Of a stretch of DNA of 64,000 nt, positions 40,667 through 50,303 are shown in pieces; positions within the stretch are counted from its first letter, which is position 1, and every line of letters starts with the position of its first letter. The stretch lies in contig CAWJDT010000001.1 of NCBI GenBank assembly GCA_963841735.1, forward strand, positions 352,001 to 416,000, in the 5' to 3' direction. This DNA is from an uncultured Actinomycetes bacterium. GTDB taxonomy: Bacteria; Actinomycetota; Thermoleophilia; RBG-16-64-13. The position numbers were made by a program, and so were the translations under genes. The notes beneath the pieces were generated by a model. It saw only the letters and a list, made by a program, of their open reading frames with translations. It did no database searches and had not been told where the DNA came from.

Positions 40667-41635
40667 ATGAGAGCCATGGTCTACAAACGGTACGGCCCAC
40701 CCGAGGTCCTGCATCCGGCTGAAGTGGAGAAGCCGGTGCCTCGGGACGACGAGGTGCTCATACGCGTTCGGGCCAGCACCGTGTCGGCCCCGGACTTCCG
40801 CTGCCGCAGCTTCACCGTGCCCCGCACGTATTGGGTCCCCGCCCGCCTCGCCCTGGGCGTCTTCAGCCCCCGGCGGCCGATACTCGGCGCCGAACTCTCC
40901 GGCGAGATCGTGGAGACAGGCAAAGCTGTGACCAGGTTCAAGAAGGGCGACCAGATCTTCGCCGCCACCATCGGTAGATTCGGCGGCTACGCCGAGTATG
41001 CGTGCCTGCCCGAGAACGGCGTGATTGCCCTCAAGCCAGCCAACATGACCTACGAAGAAGCCGCAGCGGTGCCCATAGGCGCCCGCGCGGCGCTCCACTT
41101 TCTCCGCAAGGCCGACATCCAGCCCGGCCAGAAGGTGCTTGTCTACGGGGCCTCGGGCAGCGTCGGCACCTTCGCCTTGCAACTAGCCAAGTACTACGGG
41201 GCGGAAGTCAGCGCCGTGTGCAGCGGCGCGAACCTTGAACTGGTGCGTTCGCTGGGCGCCGACAAGGCCGTCGACTACACCACGCAGGACTTCGCCGCGC
41301 AAGGCCCCATCTACGACGTCATCTTCGTGGCGGTGGACAAGGCCAAGTTCGCCGACTGCCTGCGCGCGCTCAAGCCGGGAGGTATCTTTCTGGACGCCAC
41401 CACGCCGGTGCGCACCCCGCGCATGCGCTGGGCGGCACTGACCGGCGGCAAGACCATAGTCACCGGTGAGCACCCGCCCGCGACGGCCGACGACCTGGTG
41501 TTTCTACGCGGCCTGATCGAGCAGGGCAAGCTGCGCTCAGCTATCGACCGGACCTACCCGCTGGAGCAGATAGTCGAAGCCCACCGCTACGTGGACCTCG
41601 GGCACAAGAAAGGCAACGTGGTGGTGACGGTCTAG
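40667..41635 (+). CDS. MDR/QOR family NAD(P)-dependent oxidoreductase
   Basis: YGPPEVL, GGYAEY, GASGSVGT, IDRTYPL, GHKKGNVV. Confidence 0.9.
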   Translation: MRAMVYKRYGPPEVLHPAEVEKPVPRDDEVLIRVRASTVSAPDFRCRSFTVPRTYWVPARLALGVFSPRRPILGAELSGEIVETGKAVTRFKKGDQIFAATIGRFGGYAEYACLPENGVIALKPANMTYEEAAAVPIGARAALHFLRKADIQPGQKVLVYGASGSVGTFALQLAKYYGAEVSAVCSGANLELVRSLGADKAVDYTTQDFAAQGPIYDVIFVAVDKAKFADCLRALKPGGIFLDATTPVRTPRMRWAALTGGKTIVTGEHPPATADDLVFLRGLIEQGKLRSAIDRTYPLEQIVEAHRYVDLGHKKGNVVVTV

Positions 41636-42339
41636 GCGGGCTCCGCGGGCTCAACGACCTTCACGCCCCTGATCACGAGCCACAATCCCAGCCCGACTTC
41701 CGCAACGAAGCTCAGGACGAACCCCGGGTACTTGATTGCAGGATGGGACGGCAGTAGTAGGGCCTGGCAGAACCAGATCAGCTCGGCCACCCCGTCGATC
41801 AGCAGAAGCACGCCGAGGAACCTGGGGAGAGACTTGGACTTGTAGACCAGATAGCCGAGCGGAAACAACCACGTGCCGAAAAACAGCTGAGCCGTGACGA
41901 AACCCGTCTTGTAGAGGCTGATGGACAGGTAGGAGAGTCCCTCCAACTGCGCCGCCGAGTATGCCTGCATCTGGCCCACGCCGTCTCCCATCAACAGCGC
42001 GGCAATGAGCGGGAACATGCTTGCGCACTGTATGGCCACACCTATTGCGTTGAGCACCAGAAAGAGCAGCGCCAGCTGCCGGTTCACCGGCCGCAGAAGC
42101 ACGTAGAGACCCCAGGCGGCCATGAGAAAGAGGAACGCCGACAGAAACGCTACGACAAGGCCAAAACGGAACAACAAGGCATGCGTGGTGATCGTCTCGT
42201 AGACGTCCTTGTCGCCACCCATCCCGATATGCCCCAGCAGGCCGGCAAGCACCGAGGCCAGGACGAACGCGAGGTAGAAGGCACCGGTGATCCTGGCCAT
42301 CCTTGGTTGCGACAGCTGACCGGCAAGGTTTGAAGACAC
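41632..42339 (-). CDS. DUF4386 membrane protein
   Basis: ARITGAFYL, LYVLLRPVN, LFFG.W..PLGYLVYKS..LPR.LG. Confidence 0.8.
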   Translation of the reverse strand: MSSNLAGQLSQPRMARITGAFYLAFVLASVLAGLLGHIGMGGDKDVYETITTHALLFRFGLVVAFLSAFLFLMAAWGLYVLLRPVNRQLALLFLVLNAIGVAIQCASMFPLIAALLMGDGVGQMQAYSAAQLEGLSYLSISLYKTGFVTAQLFFGTWLFPLGYLVYKSKSLPRFLGVLLLIDGVAELIWFCQALLLPSHPAIKYPGFVLSFVAEVGLGLWLVIRGVKVVEPAEPA

Positions 42340-42445
42340 CGCGACCCCTCCTTCGGTGGCTGAACGCCGTAGCACCGCAGGCAACTGTATCACCGGCGCC
42401 TAGCGCTAACCTGGCCCCGCGGCGCAGCAAGCGGCGCTCCCCAGA

Positions 42446-42471
42446 CAGAAAGGGGCGCCTTTCGGCGCCCC
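42446..42471 (-). terminator. Rho-independent terminator
   Basis: Minus strand GGGGCGCC-GAAA-GGCGCCCC-TTTCT just after the ORF stop at 42483. Confidence 0.7.
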
Positions 42472-42482
42472 GGTGCCCGCGC

Positions 42483-43000
42483 CTAGTCGCAAGCCAGTGC
42501 CGACTTGTTGAATCCTTTTGCTATCAACCACACGGCCAGGACCATCTCCTGAAGAGCTATGGGGATGTTGAGCACGGAATTGACCGTTGAGAAACCGAAG
42601 TCCTGGGTGAATCCGGAGTATATGGTCGCCACCAGCGACAGCGAGGCCGCGACAAACCCGAACACCCAATCCCGCACCGCAAGCAGCGCGTCTCCGGTAG
42701 TCTGAAACGAGAACACGGTAGCGGAGCCGGCGGCCAGAGAATCTTGGCCCACACTCAGCAGCGCAAGCATGCTGAGCGTCCCGATGAGGACGAACATCCC
42801 TTCGACCACTCTGCCGGCCACGGATCCAAGAGCTAGGGCTCGGTTGTGCCTCCTAAGCACCGGATACGGCGCTATGGCGATGCCGGCGCCGGAGACGGCC
42901 CAAATGAACTCGATGAGCGCTCCGAGAACGACGCGGCTGTCGTGTGCGGCCGACTTGGCAAGGTAGTCTGACCCATCGAGGAGCGAGCTTGTCGAAAGGG
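42483..43000 (-). pseudogene. Truncated and internally deleted DUF4386 gene
   Basis: GIAIAPYPVLRRHN, NIPIALQEMVLAVWLIAKGFN; no clear start; central helices missing. Confidence 0.6.
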
Positions 43001-43003
43001 CGC

Positions 43004-43756
43004 TTAGGGGACCGCGTTGACGACGACCGGGAGACCGCCCCTCCACCGGTCCCACAACTGCGGGTCTTGCACCAGTTCGCACATGAAGTGCGCAACGTTG
43101 GCCATGTTGGTGCTGTCGGGGCGAAAGAGACTGCTCACCAGGCCGTCGTGCAGGGAATACTCAGTGACTGCGCCCTCCCGGAGTGTGTCCGGACGCACCG
43201 CCACCCACTCCACGAACGGGTTGGCCGTCCCGATGCCGCGGCACAGGAAGTCGGCCGCTCTCTGGTTATCCTTGGACGGAGGGACCAGACCGCGCAACGC
43301 GACCAGCACTACCTTCTCGAACCACCCGCGACGCGCGTCGCGGCCCGCCGGCTTATTGACCGAGACGCTGCTCATGAGGATGTACTTCACCGGCTTGGCG
43401 GGTTGCACTGCCTCGATAGCCCAGCAGATCCTCGTCGCGGCCCGCGTGACCAGGTCGCGCGGTGAGCCGAACACGCCCTTGAGCGTGATGTTGTGGCCCA
43501 GGCACGAAACGACCGCGTTACACCCCTGCACCAAATCCCGCAGACGGTCATCCGGGAGCGCCAGCAGATCGGCCTCGACCACCGCGAACCCAGGGTCGGC
43601 GGAGACTCCCGCGGGCAGCCGGTCGGCCGACCGCACGATAGCCCGGACATTCACACCGCGCTCCAAGAGCTGCGTGAGGACCAGCCCTCCGGTGCGGCCG
43701 GTGCCGCCCAGCAGAAGTACCGTGGGCTGCTCCACACGGGCGCCGATCGTCTTCAT
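43004..43756 (-). CDS. NAD(P)H-binding atypical SDR
   Basis: LLGGTGRTG, VVSCLG, WVAVRP, NVAHFM. Confidence 0.85.
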   Translation of the reverse strand: MKTIGARVEQPTVLLLGGTGRTGGLVLTQLLERGVNVRAIVRSADRLPAGVSADPGFAVVEADLLALPDDRLRDLVQGCNAVVSCLGHNITLKGVFGSPRDLVTRAATRICWAIEAVQPAKPVKYILMSSVSVNKPAGRDARRGWFEKVVLVALRGLVPPSKDNQRAADFLCRGIGTANPFVEWVAVRPDTLREGAVTEYSLHDGLVSSLFRPDSTNMANVAHFMCELVQDPQLWDRWRGGLPVVVNAVP

Positions 43757-43977
43757 GACCTCTCCTCTGGATACTGGAATACGTCGTCAATCGGTACACC
43801 GAACACCCCTGCTATACGGAACGCCATCTCGAGCGAAGGGGAATAGCGGCCCTGCTCTATTGCGATGATGGTCTGCCTGGTCGCGCCCACCCGGTCGGCC
43901 AGCTCCGACTGTGTCATCTCACCCGCCGCAAACCGGAGCGCGCGGATGCTGTTGGTGACTCTTGTCGGCTTAACCAT
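43753..43977 (-). CDS. XRE family HTH regulator
   Basis: MTQSELADRVGATRQTIIAIEQGRYSPSLEMAF. Confidence 0.92.
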   Translation of the reverse strand: MVKPTRVTNSIRALRFAAGEMTQSELADRVGATRQTIIAIEQGRYSPSLEMAFRIAGVFGVPIDDVFQYPEERS

Positions 43978-43979
43978 GG

Positions 43980-44432
43980 CTAATAGCCCCTGCGATAGAA
44001 CACGATCTTGGCCGCCGCCGACGCCAGCGACCCGATCAGCAGGAACAGGAAGAGTGCGTTGGCGATCCAGAACTGGTCTTGGCGCCACATCGCCAGCGCA
44101 AGAGCCACCACCACGCCCACCGAGGAGACGTAGTAGCCCACGAGCTCGCCACGCCTATCGATCCCGACGTCCCGCTCATCCTCGCGGTCGATATCCTTGA
44201 CCAACCCTTCTCCCTTGATCTCCGCCGAGATGGCCGTGCCGATAGCCATGACGATGGTGCCGATGATGCTTGCGACGATCGTCGCCCCGATGGCGCCGAT
44301 CATCCACCACTTGTAGTCGATCTCACCGACGGCACCGCCGTTGAGCCTGGCGCCCACCACCGCGAAGTAGACCGCACCCACCGCGACAGAGACCAGCGCG
44401 CTGACCCACGCCATCTTCTCCTTGAAAGTCAT
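43980..44432 (-). CDS. Membrane protein (DERD motif, partner of the XRE gene)
   Basis: Four TM helices, DERDVGI, C-terminal YRRG. Confidence 0.8.
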   Translation of the reverse strand: MTFKEKMAWVSALVSVAVGAVYFAVVGARLNGGAVGEIDYKWWMIGAIGATIVASIIGTIVMAIGTAISAEIKGEGLVKDIDREDERDVGIDRRGELVGYYVSSVGVVVALALAMWRQDQFWIANALFLFLLIGSLASAAAKIVFYRRGY

Positions 44433-44443
44433 TCCACGCCTCC

Positions 44444-44498
44444 CGATGTCTAGAATGTTTGACATCGTGAGTGTAAAGCAGTACGAACCTGCTGTCAA
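44444..44498 (-). promoter_or_regulatory. Sigma70-type promoter with palindromic operator
   Basis: TTGACA (44498-44493), 17 bp spacer, TACACT (44475-44470); CGATGTC-N10-GACATCG at 44444-44467. Confidence 0.75.
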
Positions 44499-45013
44499 GT
44501 ATCTTTTACTTCCCTCGCGGCGAGGCGCTTACGCATCGTCCAGGCGTTGTCCATATCGGCGTGGTGCTCGAAGCCGAGACCGCGATACAGGTGCACCGCG
44601 GGGTTGTCGCATTCCACGCTGAGCGACAGAGACCGGACACCCTGCTCCGCCGCCAGCGCGAGCAGGCGGGTCATGAGCGCCGTCCCGACGCCCTGCCGAC
44701 GATAGCCCGGATCGACGCCAAGGCCGATCTCGGGAGTCGCGTCGTCGATGAAACCATAGGAGTGCAGCGACTCGGTCCAGCGCCGATACCAGGCGGCGCC
44801 GATGGCGCGCCCGCGGGCTTCGGCGATCACGGCTGTGTCACCGGGCCGGCCCCAGCCGGCGAGCAGGTAGGCCTGGCCGCTGGACTCGATGAACGCAAGC
44901 GGCGACTCCCAGCCGCCGGCCCCACGCCAGTCGAGAGCGTGGGCGAGAGCCGCCCGGAGGGCCGGCAGATCCGCTTCCGCGGCAGCGCGAACGGTGAACT
45001 TGACGTCACTCAC
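44495..45013 (-). CDS. GNAT acetyltransferase
   Basis: IGAAWYR, YGFIDDATPE, RRQGVG, SLSV..DNPA..LY..LGF. Confidence 0.85.
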   Translation of the reverse strand: MSDVKFTVRAAAEADLPALRAALAHALDWRGAGGWESPLAFIESSGQAYLLAGWGRPGDTAVIAEARGRAIGAAWYRRWTESLHSYGFIDDATPEIGLGVDPGYRRQGVGTALMTRLLALAAEQGVRSLSLSVECDNPAVHLYRGLGFEHHADMDNAWTMRKRLAAREVKDT

Positions 45014-45196
45014 GGCGCTCCTTGCCCATCTCCTCCAGAATGATCGCCGCTGTCTGAAACCAGACCCGACCATCCTATATTGCACGAACAAGTCGACGCG
45101 AAACCCAGAGCGTTCCGTTGGTACTGAACCCACGGGAAGGGTACCATCGGAGCTGAAGGTAATAGGCAAACACTCGGCCTAGGAGCGACGCGAGTA

Positions 45197-47467
45197 ATGC
45201 ATCAGACCACAGAAGATGGGTTTCAGGTACACAAGATGGGTCTTTGGTCGCCTGGGCCTGGATGCCACGGCGGCTGCGGAGCCAAGATCTATACCAAAGA
45301 CGGTCAATTCGTCAAGGTAGAGGGGGACGAGGATCATCCCTATCATCAGGGCAGGCTCTGTCCCCGCGCCCTGGCGCTGAAGCAGTATATCCACCACCCT
45401 GACCGCCTCCGCTACCCGGTCAAGCGTGTGGGCGAGCGCGGCTCGGGCAAGTGGGAGCGCATCAGCTGGGATGAGGCGCTGGACACCTGCGAATCTCGCA
45501 TGCGCGAGATTCGCGACAAGTACGGCGCCGAGAGCATGATCTTCGGCCAGGGCACCGGCCGCGACTCGGGCGGCCCCATCATCTTTCTGGCCTACGCCTA
45601 CGGCAGTCCCAACTGGACGCTCTTCGGCCTCTCAGGCATCGCCTGCTTCACCCCGCGCCTGGCCGCGTGCTTCCAGGTCATGGGCGACATGACCTTCCCC
45701 GACGCGGCGCAGTTCTTCCCCCAGCGCTACGCCGACCCGGACTGGAAGTGTCCCGAGCTGATCCTCAGCTGGGCCCGCAACCTGCAGGGAAGCCAGTGTG
45801 CCGACCACTACTTCAGCGGTCACTACGTCGTCGACATGATGAAGCGCGGGGCGAAACTCATCGTGGTCGACCCCTACAACGGCTGGGAGGTCGGGCGCGC
45901 CGAACTCTGGCTGCGCATCCGGCCGGGCACCGACGGCGCTCTGGCCCTGGGCATGATCAAGGTCATCATCGAGGAGAAACTCTACGACAAGGAGTTCGTC
46001 GAGAAGTGGACCTTCGGCTTCGACAAGCTGAAGCAAGAGGTGGCCAAGTACTCGCTCGACGAGCTCTCGCAGATAACCTGGATCCCCACGGAGAAGATCG
46101 TGAAGGCCGCGCGCATGTACGCAGCCGCCAAGCCGGCACAGATGCGCTTCGGCCAGCCGCTGGACTCCAACGCAGAGGCAGTCGCCACGGTCCACGGCCT
46201 GGCCAGCCTGTGGGCGCTCACCGGCAACATCGATAACCCCGGCGGCAACGTCATCTCGCGTCCGCCCTTCGGTGTCACCGTCTACCCGTACTCCACCGAA
46301 GAGGTCATCCAACTCTACGGCCAGGAGTTCGTCGACAAGATGAACCAGAAGCGCATCGGCGCCGACAAGTACCCGCTGGTGAAGAACTTCCGCTCCTGGG
46401 CCATGTCCGACGACGTGCTCGAGCAGATGGAGACCGGCAAGCCCTATCCCATCAAGGGCCTCTGGTGCCAGACCAACAACTTCCTCGCCGGCACCGCCCA
46501 GGATCCGCGCCGCCACTACGAAGCCGTGCGCAAGCTGGAGTTCAACGTCGTGGTCGACCCCTTCATGACCCCGACGGCGCAGGCCATCGCCGACATCGTG
46601 TTGCCGGCGGCCGCCATCACCGAGAAGGACTCGGCCTTCACCACGGGCGTGCCCTGCAACCCCATTTACAAAGTGGCCGAGACCGAAGAAGCGCGCATGG
46701 ACTGGGAGATCAACTTCGAACTCGCCAGGCGCCTGAACCCGGAGGCCGTGCCGTGGCCCAACGTCCGCGCGCTGTTCGATCAGCGCCTGTCGGTCACCGG
46801 CCACACCTTCGATTCGCTTGTGGAGGCCGGCTACGTCATGGCGCCCAAGGGCGATGCCACCACCCCCTACCATCGCCACGAGAAGGGTCTGCTGCGCCCC
46901 GACGGCCAGCCGGGCTTCCGTACGCCTTCGGGCAAGTTCGAGTTCTACAGCCAGAAGTTCGAGGAATACGGTCTGAATCCGCTGCCGCACCACGTGGAGC
47001 CCATCGAGAGCGAGGTCAGCACTCCCGAGATACACAAGGAGTACCCGCTGATAATGATCACCGGTCGCCGTGTGGGCGTCATGTTCCACTCCGAGCACCG
47101 CATGATCCCCTGGCTGCGCGAGATCAACCCCGATCCGCAGATTGAGATCCACCCCGACACAGCCACCAAGTACGGCATCAAAGACGGAGACTGGGTCCTC
47201 ATCGAGGGCACCCACGGCAAAGCCAAGCGCAAGGCGGTCATAACCCCCTTGACGCACCCCGACATCGTGCTCTGCCAGCACGGCTGGTGGATCCCCGAGG
47301 CCAAGTACGAGGGTGACGGCAATCCCTACAAGGTCTGGGATATCAACGTCAATCAGCTGATCCCCATGGGCAAGAACAGCAAGTCTGGTTTCGGCGGCGC
47401 CTTCACCAAGACGATGCTCTGCAAGATCTCCAAGGTGAAGGAAGGAGAGGAAGTCACCTATGTCTAG
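45197..47467 (+). CDS. Bis-MGD molybdo/tungstoenzyme catalytic subunit (acetylene hydratase / catechol dehydroxylase-like branch)
   Basis: WSPGPGCHGGCG...GRLCPR, GIACFTPR, IRPGTDGALA, FHSEHR, IHPDTA; no TAT signal. Confidence 0.9.
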   Translation: MHQTTEDGFQVHKMGLWSPGPGCHGGCGAKIYTKDGQFVKVEGDEDHPYHQGRLCPRALALKQYIHHPDRLRYPVKRVGERGSGKWERISWDEALDTCESRMREIRDKYGAESMIFGQGTGRDSGGPIIFLAYAYGSPNWTLFGLSGIACFTPRLAACFQVMGDMTFPDAAQFFPQRYADPDWKCPELILSWARNLQGSQCADHYFSGHYVVDMMKRGAKLIVVDPYNGWEVGRAELWLRIRPGTDGALALGMIKVIIEEKLYDKEFVEKWTFGFDKLKQEVAKYSLDELSQITWIPTEKIVKAARMYAAAKPAQMRFGQPLDSNAEAVATVHGLASLWALTGNIDNPGGNVISRPPFGVTVYPYSTEEVIQLYGQEFVDKMNQKRIGADKYPLVKNFRSWAMSDDVLEQMETGKPYPIKGLWCQTNNFLAGTAQDPRRHYEAVRKLEFNVVVDPFMTPTAQAIADIVLPAAAITEKDSAFTTGVPCNPIYKVAETEEARMDWEINFELARRLNPEAVPWPNVRALFDQRLSVTGHTFDSLVEAGYVMAPKGDATTPYHRHEKGLLRPDGQPGFRTPSGKFEFYSQKFEEYGLNPLPHHVEPIESEVSTPEIHKEYPLIMITGRRVGVMFHSEHRMIPWLREINPDPQIEIHPDTATKYGIKDGDWVLIEGTHGKAKRKAVITPLTHPDIVLCQHGWWIPEAKYEGDGNPYKVWDINVNQLIPMGKNSKSGFGGAFTKTMLCKISKVKEGEEVTYV

Positions 47468-47792
47468 AAAAGGCATATTGATCGACTACGACTACTGCAC
47501 AGGCTGCCACTCCTGCGAGGTGGCCTGCAAGCAGGAGCACGACTACCCGGTCGGCAAGGGCGGCATCAATTTGGTCGAGATCTTGACCGAGAAGCCGGAT
47601 AAGAGCTACCGAATCGACTACATCCCCTTCACCACCATGTACTGCGACCTATGCGCTGCACGGACCTCAAAGGGCGAGCAGCCCGCCTGCGTGAAGCACT
47701 GTCAGGCCTTCACCATGACCTACGGCGATGTGGCCGACTTGGCCAAGATCATGGAAAAGAAGCCGCACTGCGTGCTGTTCACGCCTCGCTAG
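47460..47792 (+). CDS. Short 4Fe-4S partner subunit
   Basis: CTGCHSCEVAC, CDLC, PACVKHC. Confidence 0.9.
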   Translation: MSRKGILIDYDYCTGCHSCEVACKQEHDYPVGKGGINLVEILTEKPDKSYRIDYIPFTTMYCDLCAARTSKGEQPACVKHCQAFTMTYGDVADLAKIMEKKPHCVLFTPR

Positions 47793-47818
47793 AACGCAGC
47801 CGATAGCCTGCCAATAAG

Positions 47819-47858
47819 AACAGGCCCGCCCCGAAACTGGGGTGGGCCTGTTTGCTTT
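47819..47858 (+). terminator. Rho-independent terminator
   Basis: AACAGGCCCGCCCC-loop-GGGGTGGGCCTGTT followed by TGCTTT. Confidence 0.75.
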
Positions 47859-47869
47859 GCGCTCGGCTG

Positions 47870-47966
47870 TCCTGCGCACGAACACGAGTGCCCCGCAGTC
47901 CATCCCACAGGGTGCGATCAACTCCGCCGTTAGCGAATCGGGATTCGCTGGTGCTGCATCCGCCAT
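47870..47966 (-). pseudogene. DUF3795-like gene 5' fragment (truncated cassette)
   Basis: MADAAP...ELIAPCGMDCG immediately after an attC R' site. Confidence 0.5.
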
Positions 47967-47990
47967 TGCTGTCCCCGCTCCATCAGTTGC

Positions 47991-48062
47991 ACCCAATGTC
48001 AAAGCTCACCTGCCACAATGGAGCGCTGCGGAATTGCGGTCAGGTGCAGCGCCTAGTTAGCT
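47991..48062 (-). repeat. attC site (R' mutated)
   Basis: AGCTAAC-TAGGCGCTGCACCTGACCGCAATTCCGCAGCGCTCCATTGTGGCAGGTGAGCTTTGAC-ATTGGGT, 8 bp after the gene stop. Confidence 0.82.
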
Positions 48063-48070
48063 GGTGAGCG

Positions 48071-49288
48071 CTACATCTTCTCATCAAGGACTTTTCCCTT
48101 CTCGACATGATAAAGAGAAGGAATCACTTTCTGAAATTCCGCGACGTAATCCTCTTTCTTGATCCCTCTTCTGCGTTTAGCGTCCCGGGCGAATTCGAGA
48201 AATCCTTCGATGACTGTGGGGTCAACGGAGTCAGGTGACTGCTGGATGATCCCGACGGCGTTAAACCGATCCAGATTGAGCATATCCTCAGGGCCATGGA
48301 ATTCCTCCAAGACCTTTTCACCGGTTGTATCGCTTGCGGCGAAGTAACAAGGCCACTTCTTCTTTGGCAACAACTCGTTGATCCGGGATCGTGCTTCATC
48401 CTCTGAAGAACATTCGTACGCCTCATAGCCGAATTCGTTGAGAGTCTTCGCCGCGATCTCGAAGAATGTCCTTTCTTGAAGATTGCCGAGTTTTGGGAAG
48501 AAGACGTCGGCGTTTTCTCCCAAGACACACCCGAGGATACAAAGCTGGCCCGCCTCCTCGTGTGAAATGAAGTATCTCTTGACGTCCTTGGGGCCAGCAA
48601 GCGGTTGGCGCTTTTGGATCCGCATAAGAAATCCGAACGGCAAGCTCCCGTTTGAGAATGCGACGTTGGCGAAACGTGCAGTTGAGAAAGGCTGGCGTTC
48701 GGAGCGCAGCAGCAATACCTTTTCCATCACCATCTTGCTGGCGCCCATGAGATTCGCTGGGTTCACCGCTTTGTCCGATGAGACGGAGAAAAAATTGACA
48801 GCTGGTCGAGGGAGTTCTTGAAGAAATTCGTCCAGAAACAGTACATTGGTATCAACCATGCGCATCAAGCAGTAGACGTCTTTTTCCGAACGAACGTGCT
48901 TCATGGCGGATAAGTTGAAGATGTAATCAAACGGCTCGGATTCCTGGAAATAGCGGATGAACTCCGAACTCCCGAGACCGATGGGAAGCTCGGCAAACTC
49001 ATCGGGCACGTCGAACTCGCGCGAGGAACGGAGATCGCGGACAATTTCCACCAGACCGTTTTCATTGAGATCGAACAGCATGAGACTTCGCGGTGAGAAT
49101 TGTAGGAGACTCTTCACGACCGACGAGGCGATGGAACCGGCAGCACCGATGATCGCCACTCGGCGCCCCTGCAAGCGCTCAAGTAGGGTGTCTCTATTAT
49201 CTTCGATGTCCGCGGCGAATAGCGATAGTTCCCGACCTGTGGCAGCTCGTTCAAACTTCGAGATAGCATGGAGCGTCGGCAGAAGCAT
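48071..49288 (-). CDS. NDP-GlcNAc 4,6-dehydratase (Polysacc_synt_2), cassette-borne
   Basis: GAAGSI, LSAMKHVRSE, SSDKAVNP.N.MGASK, ARFANV; visibly AT-richer than its neighbours. Confidence 0.88.
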   Translation of the reverse strand: MLLPTLHAISKFERAATGRELSLFAADIEDNRDTLLERLQGRRVAIIGAAGSIASSVVKSLLQFSPRSLMLFDLNENGLVEIVRDLRSSREFDVPDEFAELPIGLGSSEFIRYFQESEPFDYIFNLSAMKHVRSEKDVYCLMRMVDTNVLFLDEFLQELPRPAVNFFSVSSDKAVNPANLMGASKMVMEKVLLLRSERQPFSTARFANVAFSNGSLPFGFLMRIQKRQPLAGPKDVKRYFISHEEAGQLCILGCVLGENADVFFPKLGNLQERTFFEIAAKTLNEFGYEAYECSSEDEARSRINELLPKKKWPCYFAASDTTGEKVLEEFHGPEDMLNLDRFNAVGIIQQSPDSVDPTVIEGFLEFARDAKRRRGIKKEDYVAEFQKVIPSLYHVEKGKVLDEKM

Positions 49289-49321
49289 TCCTCCTCCTTG
49301 CACTGCGTAGTACTTCGACCC

Positions 49322-49386
49322 AGCTAGCGTTCGTCCGCGGCTTCACCGGCAAGCGAAGCGCCGTCCGATGCAAGCCGCTGTTGCGA
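49322..49386 (-). repeat. attC site (degenerate)
   Basis: TCGCAAC-AGCGGCTTGCATCGGACGGCGCTTCGCTTGCCGGTGAAGCCGCGGACGAAC-GCTAGCT. Confidence 0.72.
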
Positions 49387-49396
49387 AAGCCAGCAT

Positions 49397-49819
49397 CTAC
49401 TGCTGCTCGGCCCTGAGGGCGGCCAGGAACTCAGCAGGGCTGAACACCGGCAGTTCGGAAGCTGCGAAACCCTTTGCATCCCGCGTCACGATCGCCACTG
49501 CTCCGGACCTGCGCGCTGCCTCATGGAGCACGGCATCCTCGAAGTCCCCGAAGCCACTATCGAGGGCATCCCGCAACACGTCGCGGTCCACACAGGCCAC
49601 GTCGAAGATCATGAGCAACTTGCGAATGTGCTCCGTAGCGACCGAGGTTCCGACCGCCTTGGATGCAAGACAGTTGATGGTCGTCACAGTCGTAGAGCAG
49701 ATGACTCCTTCGAGACGACCGTCATCCACCAAGCTCATGACCTGCTCAGCCGCGCCGACATAGGGCTCACGGGCGAGCAGATGGTCAAGCACCACGTTCG
49801 TATCAAGAAGCACCTTCAT
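49397..49819 (-). CDS. PIN-domain toxin (cassette)
   Basis: MKVLLDTNVVLD, DFEDAV, IVTRD..GF. Confidence 0.9.
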   Translation of the reverse strand: MKVLLDTNVVLDHLLAREPYVGAAEQVMSLVDDGRLEGVICSTTVTTINCLASKAVGTSVATEHIRKLLMIFDVACVDRDVLRDALDSGFGDFEDAVLHEAARRSGAVAIVTRDAKGFAASELPVFSPAEFLAALRAEQQ

Positions 49820-50052
49820 AGATACTTCTCTTCAAGATGACGCTTGTAGTCGGATGCGTCCAAGCCAGAGCCGGCTAGAACGCCGCGAAGTGACCGGACG
49901 CGAGGAGTCGCGTCAATATCACCAGCCTCGGTCTCGATGAGGGCGAAGAAGTCCGCGACCAGTTGCGAGATGGATCTGCCCGACTCCGCCGAGTGGCGCT
50001 TGGCGCTCGTGATCAGCCTATTGTCAAGACGAAGTGTGAGTTTGGTGTTCAT
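49816..50052 (-). CDS. DUF6364-like RHH antitoxin
   Basis: MNTKLTLRLD..LI..AK, TPRVRSLRG, Y..HLEEKY. Confidence 0.85.
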   Translation of the reverse strand: MNTKLTLRLDNRLITSAKRHSAESGRSISQLVADFFALIETEAGDIDATPRVRSLRGVLAGSGLDASDYKRHLEEKYL

Positions 50053-50169
50053 AGAATCCCTCCTGACGTATACCACTGAGCCATATTATACGTCACTGCG
50101 GTTCCGAGGCAACACGACGGCCGTGGTCTTCCCGACAATGCTTGCCCAGTATGAATAACTCGACCGCCG

Positions 50170-50286
50170 CAGCACCTCGGTGTCTGTGTAACAACGGTCT
50201 CGAGCTTCAAGACACCCCCACAATGCGACGTTCCGCGTGCTTTCGCGGCGGTTGCCGCCTCCCGTAGCGTCGTGAATATGCAGACT
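50170..50286 (-). other. attI-like region, locus B (homologous to 39890-40031)
   Basis: Shares GTCTGTGTAAC, TCAAGACA.CCCC and TATGCAGACT in the same order as locus A. Confidence 0.55.
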
Positions 50287-50303
50287 TCCATGAGAAGCCG
50301 GCC

